A DNA stretch of 62,927 bases, filler included, from Gonapodya sp. JEL0774 (Eukaryota): the NCBI GenBank assembly GCA_027604505.1. It is 20 parts of 20 records of this genome, joined end to end, with 100 filler letters (N's around TTAATTAATTAA, not from the genome) between each part and the next. Parts side by side here need not be neighbours in the genome. Positions count along the whole stretch, not along the records: positions 34,730 to 37,778 come from JADIIX010001500.1; positions 37,879 to 40,927 come from JADIIX010001501.1; positions 41,028 to 44,074 come from JADIIX010001502.1; positions 44,175 to 47,220 come from JADIIX010001503.1; positions 47,321 to 50,364 come from JADIIX010001504.1; 15 more parts are not named here. One strand, 5' to 3'. The notes under the pieces were generated by a model. That model was not told where the DNA came from, searched no databases, and was given only the letters and a program-made list of their open reading frames with translations. The position numbers were made by a program, and so were the translations under genes. Below, one piece after another: positions 34,730 to 47,711 of this stretch (the first letter of the stretch is position 1; each line of letters begins with the position of its first letter).

Positions 34730-36530
34730 TAATATACTTTTGATACAAATATTTGTCTTCCATATTATTGATCTAGGGGTGGGTGTGGTGACTTACAGGG
34801 TGGGGGTACTCTCCAGGGTGGGGGGTGTAAAAAACGTGACACCTTCTTCAGCGTTACTGCTCCAGCAAGCGTTTTAAATGTTGAGTTCCACCGGGTATCA
34901 ATGTCAAGAATGAGTTCAACAGGCTTCAGCCCATTCTGCCTACAAAGCTTTGAAAACACCTCACGGAGCTGTGGACTCTTACGAATTGCCAAAATCAGAG
35001 TGCGAAGCTATTTTTAGACCAGGTATTGTAAGTCAGTCAGTCAGTGCATCACCTGTAGCCAATTTTGTTACTTAATTACTCACTTTCATAAAAGTTGACG
35101 CTTCACTTGCTGCATCCTCAGGCATATCATCATTTTCATTCTCCTCTGTATTGGCATACTGCAGTTTGTCAAAAGCCTCAAAACTATTTCCGCGGGTACG
35201 AATCCGAGATCTCAGAACACTGATCATGGCCTTTGCAACCAAGTTCAATGCATGAGCAAAACAGAACACATGACTCTTAACAGAATCAAACTGAGCAGGA
35301 AGAGACTGCCTAAAATCACGACGAAGTGTGTGCATCATTGTGTTGTTGTTTGTTGCATTATCTGTCACAAAAGCCACCACCTGTGAGGATTGTCACATTC
35401 AAAAGGATGTGTGGCCCTGCCGGCCCTGCCGGCCCAGCTGTCTGAAGACTCAAATGCAAATACCTTTGACGTAATCCCATAAGCATCCAAAACTTGACCT
35501 ATAGCTGGTCTCCTGAGTGTGAACCAGACAATTTCATAAGATCAATTGCCTTAGACACCAAAGTCCACGAGCTGTTGCTATCTTCAATGTAATGAGCTGT
35601 GACACCAATAAAAGAGTGTTTCATGCCAAGGGAGGTCCAGGTGTCTGTGGTCACAGCAATTTTTGATGGGATGTTCTTTGGTGATGTTTTTAGGAGCCAT
35701 AATGTAAGACAGACACAAGAAAGTACAACAACTCACCTTCAAGTCACTGATAACTTTCTGCTGTTCCACAGAAAACTCCTTTTCAATCACAGCTTTGACT
35801 CCTTTTGAACTGAATGGTAGAGTACCAGGGCACAACATTCGAACAAAGAGGCGGAACTGCAGAGAGTCTGCAATTGAGTAAGGTAGATGGTTGACAGCAA
35901 TGAGTTTGGCAAGGTCTTGGTAGAAGGTTTCGGGGGTGTAGTCCTGCAGAGTGTAGAGAACAGTTTAACTCAGTAATCGGAGCAAGTAAGCAACTAACAG
36001 TGGTGATTGTTAATTCAAAAACTTACTGGCACAGAATCCTTCCACATTGAGGTTTCTGTGCTTAACTTGAGAATTGCTCCTAGTTGTGGTTGGTTATTGT
36101 TGTCCTCGTTTCCCGAAAGCTCTCGAACAGAGAGTAGGTTCCCGTGTTGGGTGACCAGGTGACGGCGCCGGTTTGTAGTAGTAGCAGAATCCGTCTTGAT
36201 AATAAGTTTCCTTCACAGAAAAGCTGATGGACATGTCTTGTGGTGGTTCCATTGCTGAAACAGACACTCACCCACAATGAACGCACTTGAAGTGTGTAAA
36301 CTTCTCTCCATCACCAACAACGTTTCCAGACAAAACATGATCAAAATGAGCTGCATGGTTACCATTCTGTTGTGGGTAGATATGGCTGAGGAACTGCTGG
36401 TAGCCTGATTGGACAATCTGTGTCACACCATCTCTGCAGCTTGAGGGGAATTATTGGAGTCTGAAGCATCATCTGAGTCTGCTACATTTATTTTAAGGTT
36501 TGTGAAGTTGTTGGTTTTGTAATTACTTCC
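34730..36530 (-). mobile_element. hAT DNA transposon transposase (BED finger + DDE), intron-containing, degenerate and truncated
   Basis: KCVHC..TTNRRRHLVTQH (BED), TTDTWTS..FIGVTAHYI, VTDNATNN, CFAHALNL and DIDTRWNST. Confidence 0.92.
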
Positions 36531-37152
36531 ATGAGAGCTCTCAAAAGCTCCGAGATTGTGTAACTTCAAACTTGTCTGTGGGTTCAGCCAGAAAACAAAC
36601 AGACTTTGGGCAATTAAATAGTAATGTTGGTAATTATTACTTATTCATTGTTGGCGTGTCTGCTACAAAGTCTATTGCTATGAAATAAGAATACCACACC
36701 CACCAGTCCACCGCGTCCTAGCTGCCAGTCAAGCACTGAGTGGACGACACAGGACTTGAACCCATCCACAGGCTCGCTGTGTCACCTTTGCAGGACAACC
36801 AACAACCACCAGACAGCGAGAAAACTCACTGCCTCACGCTGCTGGAGGTGAGTAACAAGATGCAGTTCGAGTTGCAGGTGCAGCTTTGGGAACTCCACTT
36901 CTGAATGGACTGTCTAAGATGCAAATTGGTGTCGGAACAAGGGGTGAGCCGTCTAGGGATTTTTACAGGGAACAGACGTGGTGCTGGATGGCACCATGTC
37001 CCAGGAGCTAATGGATTGGGGTGGGGGGAAAACAGCATCAGCCTAAAGGGGGCTGCCGAAGCCACCAGACCTTGCCCCAAGCACCATTGGTACTAGGTCA
37101 AGCGGTCGGGAGCTTCGGCAATGGTGACAAGCAGTGGAGGAAGCAGGATGTG

Positions 37153-37200
37153 TTCGGGTTAGGGTTAGGGTTAGGGTTAGGGTTAGGGTTAGGGTTAGGG
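37153..37200 (+). repeat. Interstitial telomeric-type tract TTCGGG(TTAGGG)7
   Basis: Read directly from the sequence; flanked on both sides by non-telomeric DNA. Confidence 0.95.
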
Positions 37201-37562
37201 TGCATACATGACTAGGGTGTGGGGTGGCAGGTGGGTGGGACATTCGGATGCATCCATCTCCTTCAATTCTTGTCTGATCCACATGTTCTTGGTATGTACA
37301 CGTTGCCCATGCATAGGACAATTGGAAAAATGCATTACATATGGGATTGGGGCGGATTCATGAATGTGCTGGTGCAGGGGGTTTTTCAGCCTATGTCCCC
37401 TACGCTGGTGATTCAATTTCTGACTTGAATAACTAGTGTGGGTCACCAAAATGGAGATCATAAGAAAGTTCATAGTCACTTCAGTGAATAATGGTAAAAT
37501 GGGGCCTGAAATAAAGCTCAGCTAAAAGCATGGTAGGGTGAGTTGGACTTGGCGCCTGGAGG

Positions 37563-37778
37563 AATTGTTGGACTGGATACTAATGTCAGGCCTTCAACTC
37601 TTGGTCCAATGAATAGCCCATATATGAGTTACTGTACTGAAAAACTTGCAGAAATGGGATTGGACTTGATTCCATGGCGCAGGAGCACTTGGAAGATGCT
37701 AAGTGCTCCCCCATAGTGGTTAATTGTTGGACTGGATATTGATGCCAGGCCTTCAACTGTTGCGGAAATGAATAGCCC
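37563..37778. repeat. Two diverged direct copies of a ~57-bp unit (37563-37619, 37721-37778)
   Basis: AATTGTTGGACTGGATA..ATG.CAGGCCTTCAACT.TTG....ATGAATAGCCC is present in both. Confidence 0.85.
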
Positions 37779-37951
37779 NNNNNNNNNNNNNNNNNNNNNN
37801 NNNNNNNNNNNNNNNNNNNNNNTTAATTAATTAANNNNNNNNNNNNNNNNNNNNNNNNNNNNNNNNNNNNNNNNNNNNCTCGCTTGTGCAGCACTCCTCC
37901 ACTCTCACAGATATTAACCACCTCTATACCCATTGAATCCCTTCTTTCTCA

Positions 37952-39477
37952 ATGGCGGCTGCATTTCTCGCCAACACTTACGACCAGTCTGATCCCCTAA
38001 GACCTTCCTACTTTGAACTCTCAACCTTGGACGACGTCCGGGATCGCCTGCAGCCTGCTTTGAGGTATTTTCTTACTGTACGTGTCTGCATCACACGTTC
38101 TTCTTGTCTGATTCCCTCTCTGATGGCTTCCTCGCCAATAAATAGGTCTACGCACAACGATATCCCCGTTACTTGCTCCCGCTCGTGAACCGACACGAAG
38201 AACTCTACGCTCTACTGTTCGGCCTTGTCGAGTCATATTACCTCTGGGAACATGGTAAGTGAGCGTTTTCCATTTTCCATCTTGTGTGCCGTCTTGTTTC
38301 ATCGTGCGTTTTACGTTCTCGTCTTGTGCTTCCAGACGGCTCGTTTGAGGAGAACTTCTACGGACTGAAACGAGCCCCGACCGCCGCCAAGAGACAGGGT
38401 CTATCGTCCAGAGAACGATGGGGCTCACTTGTAACCTTGGTATGTATATTGCTCCCGTCATCGCTCAGACATGTCGCACCACTCAAGTCGCCCATCCTAA
38501 ACTTTTAACCCCACCAGATCGCGGTACCGTACGTTCGAAGCAAACTCCAAGAGCTCTACGAAAGCGTTGGTGGAGGAGCAGAAATGTTCGAGGATGATTT
38601 TGAAGAAGAAGAAGCTCGTCGGTCCCGGAACTTGGTTCGTACACCACCCCAAGCCCCTCGACTTCCGTAGCACCGCTTTTTACCAGCACTCATTTTTCAA
38701 TTGTGGAATCTCTCATCTCCGGTAGAGCCCCTGGCAACTGACTCTCCGGCGCCTCTTTAGAAGGGTGTACCCCTACACCGGTGCTGTGTACGGGTTGACG
38801 CTCTTCACCTGGCAGATTCTCTACATGCACGGACGAACTAGGTACTACTCACCGTGGCTGTACCTGCTCGGGCTCGAAATCAAGCGGATCGATGGGGTGA
38901 GACGGTGCTCTGAAAACGTGACATCCCATGAGTCTCCCTTCGTTCAAACGCCACGGATCGTCCCTCTCCTTTTCTCTCTCCCCCACAGCCCCCACCCCCA
39001 CCTCCCTCCTCCGACACCACCACACTCCTTGGCACCTTGTCACTCATCCTCCGCCGCCTCCTCGAGGCCCTCAAAGTCGCCCTTCCGCTGTCCATGTTTG
39101 CGCTCAAGTTTCTCGAATGGTGGTACAACTCGGGATTCGCCAGGAAAGCCGAGGGAGGGAAACCTATCCCGCGGCCTCCCCGGCGGATCAAGGTGAGACA
39201 CATCCCCAGTTCGGCAACGTCGCGCCCCTCCCGCTCACTCCCAACCCCTCCTCCCCCACCCACTCAGCCCGACCCCACCGGCCTTCCCCTCCCCCCCTCG
39301 CCCTCCCAGTGCCCCATCTGCCTCTCGGACCGGACCAACCCCGCCATGCTCCCCTCGGGGTATGTCTTTTGCTACCCCTGTGTGTACCCGTTCGTGGAAA
39401 CAAACGGGTGCTGTCCCGTCACCAGAATAAGGACAAAGGTTGGGCAGGTGAGGAGGGTGTACGATGCACAGGGGTGA
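37952..39477 (+). CDS. PEX12: Peroxin 12 (RING E3 ligase), apparently complete, multi-exon
   Basis: RPSYFEL, LQPALRY, YAQRYPRYLL, SFEENFYGLKR, FALKFLEWWY and CPIC....NPAML.SGYVFCYPC...CPVT. Confidence 0.95.
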
Positions 39478-40093
39478 GGGCGGGAGGGGGGTGCAGGGGA
39501 GGGGAGGGGAGGGACGAAAGTGGTGCGTACTTTCCGGACCACACAGATGTCTGGTTGCCTTACCGAGGTGCGTGGGTTGACGGGCAGGCGGAGTGGTACT
39601 GGGATGGCCGGCGGGCAGAGAGGCACGTGGGCGCAATCGATCTGTGTACTCGAGAAATAATGTACTTGAGAATTTTGCACATACAAAATGAGCATATAAG
39701 CAACTACCCGAAATTCACCAACTATCGAAGGCGGGTACCTGGGTTCCACAACCGGATACTGCCCCTACAAAGTAGTCCCATACTCCATGCCTGTGGTAAA
39801 GATGTGGCCATTGATCCGAGAATTGTGTGGTCAGTGCAAGTAGAATTTCAGTTGCTTGCCAGGTCCAAAGTGCTACCCCTGCCAGGGGGGCAGTTGTGTC
39901 GCTCTCCATACGTATTCAGCTGTATGAATTCGCTGGTTTGTGCTTGTGTTTGCATCCACGCCAGTTTAAAACTCACGAAAGGACTCAAAAACCGAAGGGC
40001 GGGCAAAGAGTACACTTCAAAGGGGATGGCCAGAACCGTCTGAAGTCTTCACTCTCGACTCTTCCTTACACCGTGCAGTGTGGCTGGGTGACC

Positions 40094-40360
40094 GTCGGAT
40101 AAAAGTTGAGTCAGAAAAAAGTCCTAGCAGAAATCAGAAAAAAGGACTTGGTTGAAAGTCAGACTAAAGACTTCAAGTCAGAAAAAAGTAACAATCTGTG
40201 TGCAGCGGGCCAGATAAACGACGATTGGGGCAGATAAAAGAACCGCAAGGTCATATTAAAGCGCCGCAAGTCAGAATAAAGTACAATTTAATTATACACA
40301 AGTCAGATAAATGTACCGATGTGAGTCAGATGAAAGACTTAAGGGAGTCAGGAAAAAGCG
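40094..40360. repeat. Array of AGTCAGAWAAAG-like motifs (possible non-autonomous transposon end)
   Basis: Exact AGTCAG at 40109, 40157, 40176, 40269, 40301, 40324 and 40346, plus variants, all in one orientation. Confidence 0.65.
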
Positions 40361-40526
40361 TCACACGACCCCCTCGCACTCATCTCTCGTGTTGAGATTG
40401 TTCATGGTTTCTATGATTTAAGGAGATTGAAGCTATTCAATTCAGTGACATCTTGGTACATGACAAAATTTACATCGACCCCCTCGGGGCATACAAAGAC
40501 ACTAAGATTATATGCTCAATGTTATA

Positions 40527-40927
40527 TCATTGTGCCATGTGAGTGTAAAAATGCGGCGCCAGCTCTGTCAGCCACTCCGGCTGAATCACCGTGATATCCC
40601 GCATAAAGCTTTTTGTCGTCTCAACAACTTCATGGTACACCACACACGCCGGAGACATCTTCAGTAACGCAGAGTTGGGGTGGATATGTAACACTGGAGA
40701 TGACTGCGCTCCACGTATTGTCCGCCATGTTCCGTCAGGTTGCAGAACTGCCGCATGGGAAAAGTAGGCGCTGGTGATACATTTACGGATCTGAACAGGG
40801 TCTTGGGAAGAAGTTAAGGCGAGACTGAATTGGCGAATGTACCGCAAAAGTTGGTTGCGGACAGAAACTGCCTGGAATCAAATGCTGTTGAATACACTTT
40901 GGCTTTAAAGGCGTGATACCGAACAGC
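40527..40927 (-). CDS. DEAH-box RNA helicase C-terminal OB-fold (DHX35-like)
   Basis: AVSVRNQLLRY, IRKCITSAYFSHAA, LHIHPNSAL and VVYHEVVETTKSFMRDITVIQPEWLTELAPHFY. Confidence 0.85.
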
Positions 40928-42766
40928 NNNNNNNNNNNNNNNNNNNNNNNNNNNNNNNNNNNNNNNNNNNNTTAATTAATTAANNNNNNNNNNNNNNNNN
41001 NNNNNNNNNNNNNNNNNNNNNNNNNNNGCTTCCGTGAAATAGCTCTAAAAAGTGGACCATTTATAGCACGCAACAAGATTCCTGAAATACAACTGCTCAC
41101 GTGGTTGACATAAAAGTAGTTCACCGAACGTTTGCTAGCAGTCGATGGCAGCCGCTGCAGGCTTTCAATGGAGCGGACCTGCTGCGTTTCCACGGACAGC
41201 TGGTGTCCTGTGACGTTCAAGCGACTACCGCAACTCCTTTCCCGCTGGAGTTCATTCATAGAAGCTTCTAATCTCAAATTAGTAGACTTGCCAAAGCGAG
41301 TTAGGAGAGTTTCACCAATTTTGATGCGGGCGTACACGAAAATTGCTCGAGCACCAATACAAAAGACCACAAGCCCAAGAGCTTTTGATTCCGGTGTCAC
41401 CAGCCCACATGTAAGTACTTTTTAGTTCCGTCAAGCCGAGGGTGGAGCGTACGGCACTTACAGATATGTAATGCAAAAAAGTGCGCGACGCTTGGACAGG
41501 GCATTTGAACCATTTCGTTGGTGAAGCTTGCAAGAATCAGCAAAAGGTTTGCGAGTGATTGGATTAAGACAATCCAAAATGATCGACTTTGAATGGTATC
41601 TGCGGAGATATGACGTTGACGGATGTTGGAGGTCACGTCAACCCGCGCACTCACAAGCATTTCTGAAGATAACAAATGCAAGCAAGGTCGCTAAGCAAAA
41701 AATCAATGTATGTTAGAGAGATCTTGGACAGTGAACTGTGGAGCATTGTCGTTGCTCACGGACAGAGAAGATCAAAAACATGATGAAACTGATGATACAT
41801 GGGGGTCCGCATCGGAAGGATTGGGGTTGAAAGTTATCCGGAATAGGATGCGATAATTCGTATCCCGGCGGTCCATTTTGAGAGGTCATAATCTGGATAT
41901 CATACTGAGTTGACGGTTGACGGTGATCGGCGAAGTATTACTGTAAGATCGCAAACGCCGAATGATCGTTGTGCCGGTGACCTACGCAGGTGCTTCGCTC
42001 TGGCAAGCATCCCGAAAAGAATTAGTGTGTCATAATGCAATTAGTTCGAACGATGATGAGAACTCTCACATCATCATACCGAATCTTCTGTATGTGCAGG
42101 GATGTTCGCCAGCGGTAGCCGAACTCACATCTTCTTGGTAGAAACAACTGCACTAACTAAGAAGAGCACACTCGATAGCATTTGTTTGTGTCTGTTACAC
42201 CGAGGATACTTCCAAGTGCACCTCACTTTACCAGTCCCTAAGGACGGGGCCATTCTATTAAACTCCAAGCCAAATAAGGCGACTGTACATCAAAATGCTG
42301 CCATGAAGTGTAGCTTTCCTGGTCCACCCTCAGATAAGTGGGCAAACGTGTTTATCTCTTCCGCGTCCGAAACCGGGCACGGTCACATGCAAGCAATGAG
42401 ATTTATGCTGCAGGAGCACCTGGATTTACCATCTGGGTTTTGTGGAGGTGGTAGGTATGTCGGCGGAGTTAAGGTGCGGTAAGACGGGAAGCGAAAGCAC
42501 TGTTAGCCCATAAACGCAGTCGCAGGGTCCACTGTCAATCCCGAAGAGAATGATGACGACATTCCCGCTAGCCCCCTTCAACTCAAACCAAGTCGTCACT
42601 GCGACTTGCCTCCTCAGCGAAATGCCTTTAGATGGGTTGGTTTTTCTGCATCCGTCCCAAAGAGCCGGGCCTGCGTCCCACGTTGGACTCTCACTTGCCG
42701 CGGCCTCAGACTCGCTACACTGGGATCCAGGACCCAACCACACTTCTACTGTCACACGGCGGTAAG

Positions 42767-43512
42767 TTAACCAACCTGTTGCGCTGCGCTACTCAAGTCC
42801 TGTTGGGTCAATCCACCTGGAACCCCGCCGTTTTGCTGCGCGAGGGCAGCCTGCTCCTTCTCCACTTCAAGGATGACGGGCAAGAGAAGCATGGCTGCAG
42901 ATGTTGCGACGACCCATGCGACTTTCCCCGCAATCGAGGCTGTCCACCACGAATATGATGACGTGGTGTAGGCGAGATGGGAGATGGTTGAGCGGGTAGT
43001 GGGAGGGATGATATCGAGAAGGGCAAAAAGGCGGTCTGAGATGGTCTAAACGGGTTCAAATTTCATACAGAGACAAGAGATATTGAGAAAGATGGCCGTG
43101 TCAACCAGACAGGAAAGAAAGGAGAGTAACAGCTCTGAGTGACCTCGCGAATGCTCCTATCATCTCATGTCGTTTCATTCATATTGTAATGTGTCAATTT
43201 TAAAGGGTCCACGGTTGTTGGCTGTGTGTCATCTGCAAAAACTCGCAAACTCAAGCTCCTTGTTCTCGTGAAAATTGTACCCGAAGGAAGGCCAGGTACC
43301 GAACGAGCCATTCAAAGTTCGGTCTACCGATAATTTGTCACAGATTAGGCTGTCGAGGCGTCTTTCCGCACCTCGTTCTTCAAGTCATCGTCGATATCAG
43401 AATCTGTCTCATAATCAGCATCATCCTCTTCGTCCCCGACGGCCTTCTTTAGGATGGCCGTTTTCCCTTCTGCCTCAATTTCAGCTTGCGAGAGCTCGGT
43501 GAGGTTGACCAT
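42767..43512 (-). CDS. TOM22: Mitochondrial import receptor Tom22
   Basis: MVNLTEL, acidic DYETDSD, TISDRLFALLDIIPP and AWVVATSAAMLLLPVILEVEKEQ. Confidence 0.85.
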
Positions 43513-43628
43513 TTCGGCTGTGCGTGTGATAGGAGAAATCTGCTCAGAATGAGAAACGTGTAACTGGACACCGATCGGGAGCAAACTCCAATGTCCCTTA
43601 TTTGGTATGACTCTTTGGACCGTCAATA

Positions 43629-44074
43629 ATGGCAACGCTCCCAGTAACTTTCACGCCCGCGGAACATCGTCTGTTCTCACGATTCACCGAGTATCAGTTT
43701 GACAATGATCCAGTCTTCGTTCAAGGCAAGACGGCTGTCGAGCAGAGAACTCGAAAGAAGTGGAAGGAAGACAAGGAGGCCAAAAATAATAAAGCGAAAG
43801 GGAAATCTGTAGCAGAAACGCAAGAGGAGGAAGGAACTGTACAGGAATTCGGGAGAGAGGGCAATGGTGGTGAGATGGAAACCGTGAAGCGTGGGATCGA
43901 CTTTGAGACAGAAACAGAACAGGATCCACCAGAGCTTCTGAAGCTCATTCAAGTTGAAATAATGGGCTCCAAGGTATTCTATTTTGGCAAGTGAGTGTGG
44001 AGAATCGACGCATTTATGTAAATGCAAAAGATGTCACACCAGGAGAGGGATCGCAGTTCGGATGGCAATCGGAA
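43629..44074 (+). CDS. DUF5572-type protein (PEX39/KPWE-family-like), 5' part
   Basis: FTEYQFDNDPVFVQG ... SKVFYFGK pattern; the diagnostic KPWE C-terminus is not in the contig. Confidence 0.5.
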
Positions 44075-44174
44075 NNNNNNNNNNNNNNNNNNNNNNNNNN
44101 NNNNNNNNNNNNNNNNNNTTAATTAATTAANNNNNNNNNNNNNNNNNNNNNNNNNNNNNNNNNNNNNNNNNNNN

Positions 44175-45773
44175 CATTGATGTCATTTTCTTTTCTACAG
44201 CCATCGCTCACGCCGTCCCCCTCTCCCAGCCCGAGTCCGGACAAGACCCTGTTCTTTCTGACGTGTTCCCTCGGCACCTCTTTCACCGAGCTCGAACACT
44301 TCGCCATGCCAAGCGATTGCAGAACTTTGGCAAGCGACAGGGACAGATCGCGGGACCGTACGGGGGCGGATCGGGTGGATCGAGCCCATGGGACGGGTTG
44401 ATCGTGTTTGGAGATTCGCTGTCCGATAATGGTGATCCATCCCTCCAGACAGTGAAACGAGATCGTTGGTCGATTCTGACATAGAGCACTATTTTGATCT
44501 ACCACGTGATCTCTTCCCCCATCCTTCAATACAGGAAACGGCTCCTGGTCCATCTCGGATGGTGAGACACCGGATCCAACCCAGTACTGGCAAGGCAGGT
44601 GGAGCAATGGACCCACTTGGGTGGAGTACATGGCTGATACGATGAGTGTGTCACTGAATGACTTCGCGTGTGAGCTATGGGCCATGAATAAGGAAATCAA
44701 TACACTAATACATGCTCGAGCTATCCATTAGTTGGCGGAGCTACAACCTCCAACGAGTTTATCCCAGCTTGTGAGTGACGCATAATTTTGGACTTCCACC
44801 CTAGTGAGAGTCTCTCTGAGCGGAATTTCTCTCCAACGATAACCAAAATGCTCGAGCAAGACCAAAACCTTACGAACGGCACACAAATTCTGATCCCATC
44901 TGCGCAGGACCAAGTTTTCATCTTTACTGGTTCTCCGATATCGTCTGTAGCTACCGGCAATGCTTCTTATCTTGCGATTCTCTTGATCGGCGCCAACGAT
45001 TACTTTCGCGCCATCGCGAACAATTCCTTCACGGAGGCGTTGCCCGGAAGAGTTGTGGATGACATCGAAAAGAACATAAAGCAAATCATTGGGACTGTCA
45101 AGCCCAGGGACCTTGTGGTCGGAAACTTGCCCGTAAGTTTAGTTAACTTCCTTTTCTGATTTCGTCATGTGAAGGCACAAGGACACAATGTTCATGGTGA
45201 TCATACACTTTCAGCCGATAGATGCATCACCCTACATCCAATCACTCGGTCCCGTAGCGCGCACCAGTCTCTCCGCTCTCGGCACAGTTGTTATTCGCAA
45301 ACACAATTCGGATTTGAGGTATCTCGTGGAACGACTCAACACCATTGAAAGACAGTCCAGCACCAATGCAGCCTGCAACACTACATCAGTCTACTATTTT
45401 GACGTCTTCGAGCTTTTTCAGTCTGTTGCTGCGAATGCGACAAGGTTTGGGTTCACCAATACGAGCGGAGCATGTCTAGTAGGTTTCTATACCTGGTCGA
45501 GCTACTCATCAAGCGGATTTCTCATAGGAATTGTGCAGGTCGGACCAAATCAAAACTGTAGCTTGACAGGCAACGAGTCTTCATACTTGTTTTGGGACGA
45601 GGTGATGGCGCCAATCGATCTTTGTCACTGCAAGAAACAGCCTCCAGCCTGATCACAAATCTACTCCACAGGTGCACCCGACAACCTCAATGCATCATAT
45701 TGTGGGAAATGTTGCATCCGCGTGGGCCTTATCTGGTTTCTCAGCATCGACACAGAAACTTTTGTCCATTTAG
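44175..45773 (+). CDS. Secreted GDSL/SGNH esterase (CE16 acetylesterase-like)
   Basis: VFGDSLSDNG, GRWSNGPTWVEY, FA.GGAT, IGANDY and YLFWDEVHP (SGNH blocks). Confidence 0.92.
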
Positions 45774-46203
45774 ATGGTACTTGAGGATGGAATCAGTTTT
45801 CAGTCTAAATAGGAGTATGCTTTCAGATCATGCTTTTTGGTTTTGCTTGAGGATAACAGATCATGAGGCATGAGACAAACGGGCGGCCATTGGCCCTGTC
45901 CTGAGATGTTTAGCGGTGCTTCGCACTTCTTAGCCTGAGTTAGTTGCTGTTTGGCTGGCTCCACTTTTACACGATCATATACTGCGACTTCCACGGACGC
46001 CAATTTAATCGCTGTTCAAACGAGCTGAAGGCCAATGGACGGCACACGCCATTGCTGTATTAACTCAAAAGCGTCATCTTTCAAAGAGGAGATTTTCTAT
46101 TAATGACCTACAGAACGCAGAATGCACCCTACAAGTAGACATGTCCCGCTCTTGATGAATGTGGCAAACAACGGAATTACGGGACCAAACAGTCCCCATT
46201 GGC

Positions 46204-47220
46204 TCACACCACTTGCGTGGGAGTCTTGCCTACCCACTTGCCCCATTCGCCTTCGTCGGTGGCGAGCTTCAAACAGAAATCCGCCACGTCCGCTCTAGGA
46301 ATACTTGAGCCGCCTCCGGGAATGTGTTCTGCAACTCGATACACGCCTGTCCGCGCGGCATTGTTCAGTCCACCAGGGCGAACGACGACGAAGGGAACAC
46401 CGGAGTTCTTGATCTGCTGCTCTTGAATCTCTTTGTCCGCAAGTGCAGAACCGATGAAGTACCAGATAAGAGGTTTAAGTAAACTGTTGTTTGAGCAGAT
46501 ATATGATGTGGGGACTTGGGATCAAATCACGTTATGTTCAACGAGACAAGTCTCACTAACAGTGACACATCAGGCCAAGAATCTCCTGTACCAAAACTCG
46601 TCACACAAACGATTTTGGGGACCTTGAATCTCTTCATGGCCTCCAAGACGACTGGCGTTCCAGCGGAGCATATGTCTTTGGATCGCTGGCCTGTTTACAG
46701 AATATCTCCACCTCCGTCAATGCGACGCATCATGTAAGAGACAAAATAGCACTCACCGTCTGGGTTTTTCGTGTTTCCTATTAAAGACGTTGATCACAGA
46801 CAATGACAGAGACTGATGAATGTTCTGCGCAAAGTTCCAACATTCGCAAGATATTTCAGATTACAAGGACGTCTCACCGAGTGATAGAAGCACCACATCG
46901 CATCCTTCGACGAGCTTCTCGACGGTTTCTGTGGCCTTGACATCCCCCTGAACGACCGTGACGGCTGGCGATGTCCGAACATCCTCCGGCAGTTTTTCGG
47001 GGTTGCGAGCCAGAATTCGCAGATGGTGGGGCGGAGTGGCAGACAACGCCTGCGCAATAAATCTTTTGAAAGCGGTTTCGAGTCCATCAGCTCACGCAAG
47101 TTGTTCACTGTCGTCAGAGGATCACTTCCTGACGTAGATTACGAGGAGCTCCTTGCTTCTCCGTCAAAAAACTATAGAGGAGTGATTGACTTACTCCTTT
47201 CCAACGCCTTGAGTGCCTCC
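46204..47220 (-). CDS. NAD(P)H-binding atypical SDR (flavin reductase-like)
   Basis: GGTQGVG Rossmann motif at the contig edge, LARNPEKL, VVQGDV, VVVRPGGL and IPRADVADF. Confidence 0.85.
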
Positions 47221-47711
47221 NNNNNNNNNNNNNNNNNNNNNNNNNNNNNNNNNNNNNNNNNNNNTTAATTAATTAANNNNNNNNNNNNNNNNNNNNNNNN
47301 NNNNNNNNNNNNNNNNNNNNGCAGGCATCGTTGAGTCAATCATCAAGAGAATTTCGAGATATTTCAGGGCTTTCGAAGCACGTCCAACGCGGACTGCGAA
47401 CGGATAGGGCAGGGATCGCTTGACGAGTGATAGATGTAAAGTGCGAGAGCAGCTCTGACAGCTGTGGAACATGGCGGCAAAACTCTTAGTCATCTGCAAA
47501 AAATTTATTTATCGCTCTCATTGAGGAAGCAGTGATATCTGTGGTATTTGCGCGTCATACAGTTCATTAATACGTCGTCGGTCTTCTACATAATTTGTCG
47601 CCATTCGCAATCAGCCGAAACCCCCTTTGCAGACCTCGGCGAACAGCATACGGCCCAGTGCAATTTAGGCGACAGGGAAGAATGTATATCTAATAGACGT
47701 TGGAGGTCGAA

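Noticed and set aside
38928..40043. 371-aa ORF overlapping PEX12
   Set aside because: An alternative frame through GC-rich PEX12 exons, intron and 3' region, with no recognisable protein features.
41028..42500. Short hydrophobic ORFs suggesting a membrane protein on the minus strand
   Set aside because: I could not assemble a consistent spliced model or recognise a family.
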